From Candidatus Zixiibacteriota bacterium (GTDB taxonomy: Bacteria; Zixibacteria; MSB-5A5; UM-FILTER-46-8): 64,000 nucleotides of DNA. The notes beneath the pieces are model-generated. The model saw only the letters and a program-made list of their open reading frames with translations. It had not been told where the DNA came from and did no database searches. The translations under genes and the position numbers were made by a program. Positions 60,947 through 64,000 of the stretch are shown piece by piece (position 1 is the first letter of the stretch; each line of letters starts with the position of its first letter). The DNA lies in contig WJIJ01000019.1 in assembly GCA_014730345.1 (NCBI GenBank), positions 10,809 through 74,808 of the forward strand. Direction: 5' to 3'.

Positions 60947-60973
60947 TTGCCCTCCGGGTTTCCCGGAGGGCAA
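60947..60973 (+). other. Strong intergenic hairpin TTGCCCTCCGGG-ttt-CCCGGAGGGCAA (12-bp perfect stem)
   Basis: Perfect inverted repeat 12 nt after the stop of the 60483 gene and 20 nt before the BNR gene start. There is no U-tract on either strand. Confidence 0.45.
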
Positions 60974-60992
60974 ACTTTAGAAGGTAAGAATA

Positions 60993-63260
60993 ATGTTATT
61001 AATACGAACAATTACATTTTCCTTTATAATTCTTTTATCGGGAATTGCGTCGGCCGGTGAAAATGTTTGGACATCCAATGGTCCCTATGGGGCATCATCG
61101 AAAGCGATCGCCTTTCATCCTGAATATCCACAGGTAGTATTCACCGGGACGATATCTATGTCCGTTTTTAAAACGATAAATGGCGGTAGAGATTGGGAGA
61201 GAATTAGCGATGATTCTTTAAATAGTTCAGTTTGGGATTTAGAAATCCATCCCGTTGCTCCCGATACAATGTATCTTTGCGGGACAAGGGGTATCTATAA
61301 AAGTGTTAACGGGGGATATGATTGGTTTGGAATTAGAACTGATAATGTGTACAATACTATAGCGCTCCACCCGATTCAACCAAGCATACTTTTCGCAGGA
61401 GGCCCCTATTCATATATTTCAAAAGACGGAGGAAATACATGGAACAGGTTGATGGAGGAGAACGTTTTAATTAAAGATATCGAAGTGAGCCCCCATAGTT
61501 CAAATACAATTTTCGCGGTAACCAGTAAATTTTATTTGGGTAAAGGAGTTTTTAGAAGCGATGACAGCGGGGACACGTGGCGTAATATCCACAACAACTT
61601 AGACTACAGCCACTCGCCAGGTTACTCAATCGATTTCGATCCGCATGATTCGCTTACTATCTATATTTCCCGTTTATCCCTCCCCTATGAGGGTGAGTGG
61701 ATTGGTCTGAATAAAACTACTGACGGAGGGGAAACCTGGATGGATATAACTCCTTCTGGTCTCACCGAACCATGGATTCGCGATGTGGAGGTCCACCCCC
61801 TTATTGAAAACATGGTTTTTGCCGCGACAAGCCATGACGGTGTATGGATGAGTTCTAACGGCGGAAGCAATTGGGAAATCAGAAATGAACCATCTGCAGG
61901 GTCGCCAAGCACACTTGAGTTTAGTGGTAGCGGCTTGGATTTGTTGCTGGGAAAATATCATTCCGGGATTTTTAAGACTACCGATAACGGAAGAACTTGG
62001 GTTTCCTCAAGTAATGGTTTGAGCGAAGGCCCGATAAGTAGTATGATATTTCATCCCCATGAAGATGATAAGCTTTATGCCTTAGGTGGGGCCGGATTGT
62101 TTTCCAGTAATAATGGTGGCTCGAATTGGAGTCGAGTTGAAATAGGAATTGAGGTGAGTCATCTTTTTAAGCCAGGTGTTATCCTGTCGGATACTATCGG
62201 TAGCGGTAGAATCTTTTTGTGTCTTAACGCCTGTGGTTTGAATGGATGGTATAAAGATGGTTTGTTTCTTTACAGCGAGAACTGGGGAGAGAGTTGGACG
62301 GAGTATAACCTTGGTTTGCCGGATTCGATATTCTACACCTGTATGGATATAGCCTACTGCCCGGGCAATCAATACAAAATCTACCTCACAGCAGCCGACT
62401 CCGGAGTATATTATTGCGATGATTTGGTCAGCGGTTGGCATAAATGCGACGATGGCCTTCCGCAAGCGCCTAATTTCGGATGGTACAAGATAAGGGTTAA
62501 TCCGGGAAATCCGGATGATATATATGTTAGTTCCGGATTCGGCGATGTATTCCGTTCGATAGATGGAGCGCAGAGCTGGCAATTTGTTACGGAGATGCCG
62601 GATATGGTTACCGAGATCGCTTTTAACCCTATCAATCCATTGACTCAGTATATATCTTCCTGCGCCGGTTTATATAAGACTACCGATAATGGCGAAACCT
62701 GGGTAAACCTCTCCGAGGATTGGATCGAAAAAGAAGTTTACGGAATTGTTTTCAACCCCCGAAATCCCTCCGAATTGATCATCTCCTCATTTGCGCATCG
62801 CGTCGCCAAAAGTACGGATGGCGGCGATACGTGGCATACGATGAATGATGGTTTATTATATAGAAGTTATTTCGTTCCGAGAAATATATTCGTGTCACCC
62901 CACGAAGATGAAAAGTATTACCTGACTTCTGACATGGGAATCTGGGAATATAATAGAGTGCAAACCCCTGTTGACGATAGTTATATTGATTCAATTCAAG
63001 ATCCACTAATACTGACCAGCTTCCCCAATCCATCTAACAACCAAATATTAATAGAGTACCGAATAGAAACGGGCGGTGATGTGAAACTTGAGGTATTCAA
63101 TGTAAAAGGGCAACTTATTACTAAATTAGTCGAGGAGAAACAAACGCCGGGTACGTATACAGTGAGTTGGGACGGCATTGGTTTTTCATCCGGAGTTTAT
63201 TTCGCTAAACTGAAAACAGGGGAGAGGACTTATACGCGTAAAATGGTGATGACTAAATAA
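60993..63260 (+). CDS. BNR/Asp-box repeat (beta-propeller) protein with T9SS type-A C-terminal sorting domain
   Basis: 755 aa. Signal peptide. At least 10 S-x-D-x-G-x-T-W type repeats (SKDGGNTW, SDDSGDTW, TTDGGETW, SSNGGSNW, TTDNGRTW, STDGGDTW ...). C-terminus FPNPSNNQILIEYRIETGGDVKLEVFNVKGQLI...GVYFAKL...RKMVMTK. Confidence 0.75.
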   Translation: MLLIRTITFSFIILLSGIASAGENVWTSNGPYGASSKAIAFHPEYPQVVFTGTISMSVFKTINGGRDWERISDDSLNSSVWDLEIHPVAPDTMYLCGTRGIYKSVNGGYDWFGIRTDNVYNTIALHPIQPSILFAGGPYSYISKDGGNTWNRLMEENVLIKDIEVSPHSSNTIFAVTSKFYLGKGVFRSDDSGDTWRNIHNNLDYSHSPGYSIDFDPHDSLTIYISRLSLPYEGEWIGLNKTTDGGETWMDITPSGLTEPWIRDVEVHPLIENMVFAATSHDGVWMSSNGGSNWEIRNEPSAGSPSTLEFSGSGLDLLLGKYHSGIFKTTDNGRTWVSSSNGLSEGPISSMIFHPHEDDKLYALGGAGLFSSNNGGSNWSRVEIGIEVSHLFKPGVILSDTIGSGRIFLCLNACGLNGWYKDGLFLYSENWGESWTEYNLGLPDSIFYTCMDIAYCPGNQYKIYLTAADSGVYYCDDLVSGWHKCDDGLPQAPNFGWYKIRVNPGNPDDIYVSSGFGDVFRSIDGAQSWQFVTEMPDMVTEIAFNPINPLTQYISSCAGLYKTTDNGETWVNLSEDWIEKEVYGIVFNPRNPSELIISSFAHRVAKSTDGGDTWHTMNDGLLYRSYFVPRNIFVSPHEDEKYYLTSDMGIWEYNRVQTPVDDSYIDSIQDPLILTSFPNPSNNQILIEYRIETGGDVKLEVFNVKGQLITKLVEEKQTPGTYTVSWDGIGFSSGVYFAKLKTGERTYTRKMVMTK

Positions 63261-63271
63261 GGATTTGGATA

Positions 63272-64000
63272 TCAATTATCTAAATGCGCGAATTTGCCCT
63301 CCAGGTCCACCTTGCTGGTAAGATACGTTTTCAATTCCTCGAGGTACTTGTCGCGGGCTTCCAGATGGGTAACCTTCGTTTCCAATAATTCCCGCTTGGA
63401 TATCTGCCCGTCGCTAAAACGCCCCTCAGCTATTCTTACCCTCTGGTAGGCGAGTTCTATCTGCTGGCGCATTATATCCAGCCGTCGATAACTGACATCG
63501 AGATTATTAAGCAGGTCAACGATTTCCGCCCGCGCCTGCTGTTTGGCCCGGTTGTATTCTAATTTCGCCTGCTCCGCCTGGATGCGCGCCGCTTTCAACG
63601 CCGCCGAGGATGAACCGCCGTCCCAAATAGGATATGAAAGATTCAACGAGATTCCCCATCCGCGGGTGTTGATATCCTCCACCACGCCGTCGGTTTTAAC
63701 TTCGCCCTGACCGGTGGAGTAGTCGGCGGTCAAATCGCCGGTGAGGCCATGCCCGGATGCCTGGTAATCCGCCTGGCGTTTGGCGCGTTTGTATTCCAGG
63801 TCCGCCTTCTTTATCGGCAATGATTCGTTCCACGAGTTGGAGTACGCGCCTTTTTGTTGTTCGGTGAGATGTTCTTCTACCGTCGGTTCTATCAAATGCA
63901 GTTCTTCATCGACATCCCGGTCCAGCAGTATCGCCAGCGCGCGTTTCTTCTCGCTTAAATCAGTTTGAATGTCGAACAGGCTCAACTCGGCGTCCAATCT
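63272..64000 (-). CDS. TolC-family outer-membrane efflux protein, C-terminal part (gene continues beyond the window end)
   Basis: Coiled-coil heptad-rich sequence typical of TolC/OprM (LEYNRAKQQARAEIVDLLNNLDVSYRRLDIMRQQIELAYQRVRIAEGRFSDGQISKRELLE). The ORF is open to the window edge. Convergent with the BNR gene with an 11-nt gap. Confidence 0.7.
   Translation of the reverse strand, partial: RLDAELSLFDIQTDLSEKKRALAILLDRDVDEELHLIEPTVEEHLTEQQKGAYSNSWNESLPIKKADLEYKRAKRQADYQASGHGLTGDLTADYSTGQGEVKTDGVVEDINTRGWGISLNLSYPIWDGGSSSAALKAARIQAEQAKLEYNRAKQQARAEIVDLLNNLDVSYRRLDIMRQQIELAYQRVRIAEGRFSDGQISKRELLETKVTHLEARDKYLEELKTYLTSKVDLEGKFAHLDN

Noticed and set aside
1-64000. Search for mobile elements, prophage, CRISPR arrays, rRNA/tRNA genes
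   Set aside because: No transposase/integrase-like ORFs, no direct-repeat/spacer arrays, no tRNA-like cloverleaf candidates in intergenic regions and no rRNA-like conserved stretches were seen. Codon usage and GC appear uniform, so there is no evidence for a horizontally acquired island.

Overview
The window is a chromosomal segment from an uncultivated bacterium that, by content, belongs to the FCB-group (Bacteroidota-like). It holds no rRNA, tRNA, CRISPR array, prophage or transposase genes. GC content looks roughly 45-50 percent, and intergenic regions are AT-rich.

Layout:
- 1-5.2 kb: the tail of the conserved ribosomal spc/alpha operon (secY 3-prime end, adk, map, infA, rpmJ, rpsM, rpsK, rpsD, rpoA, rplQ), ending in a terminator.
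- 5.2-8.1 kb: a nucleoside-catabolism cluster (deoB, cdd, pyrimidine-nucleoside phosphorylase).
- 8.1-15.1 kb: a convergent class A PBP (minus strand), then a cytoplasmic multi-PAS histidine kinase, a stand-alone REC protein and a REC-GGDEF-EAL protein.
- 15.6-19.4 kb: a 1267-aa subtilase with a T9SS type-A C-terminal sorting domain. Six T9SS-type cargo proteins occur in the window overall.
- 19.8-34.8 kb: the most interesting part. Fifteen co-directional genes are packed with overlapping or near-zero intergenic gaps:
  - a TPR lipoprotein;
  - a 1140-aa FG-GAP/VCBS adhesin-like protein with a type-B (CHU_C / PNGDGxND) T9SS C-terminal domain;
  - a PorP/SprF-like protein with a 300-aa C-terminal extension;
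  - ExbB-ExbD-ExbD and a proline-rich TonB-like protein;
  - a second TPR lipoprotein and a hypothetical protein;
  - three tandem FGE-sulfatase (SUMF1/GldJ/GldK/PorK-like) domain proteins, the last fused to FN3 repeats.
  This is a candidate envelope-spanning surface-motility or secretion-associated module.
- Downstream: an alpha-glucan phosphorylase, a REC-PAS-Cys4 response regulator, a GT4 glycosyltransferase, a MATE exporter, TPR proteins, two more T9SS cargo proteins (one S8 protease), cydAB, and an orphan aceE.
- 54.3-60.2 kb: a TetR-regulated operon (LolA-like, FtsX-FtsX, ABC ATPase, OMP) preceded by a textbook sigma70 promoter and a perfect palindromic operator.
- The window ends with a BNR-repeat T9SS cargo protein and the 3-prime end of a TolC-like gene.

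All calls rest on reading the translated ORFs and recognising family motifs. No database searches could be run.
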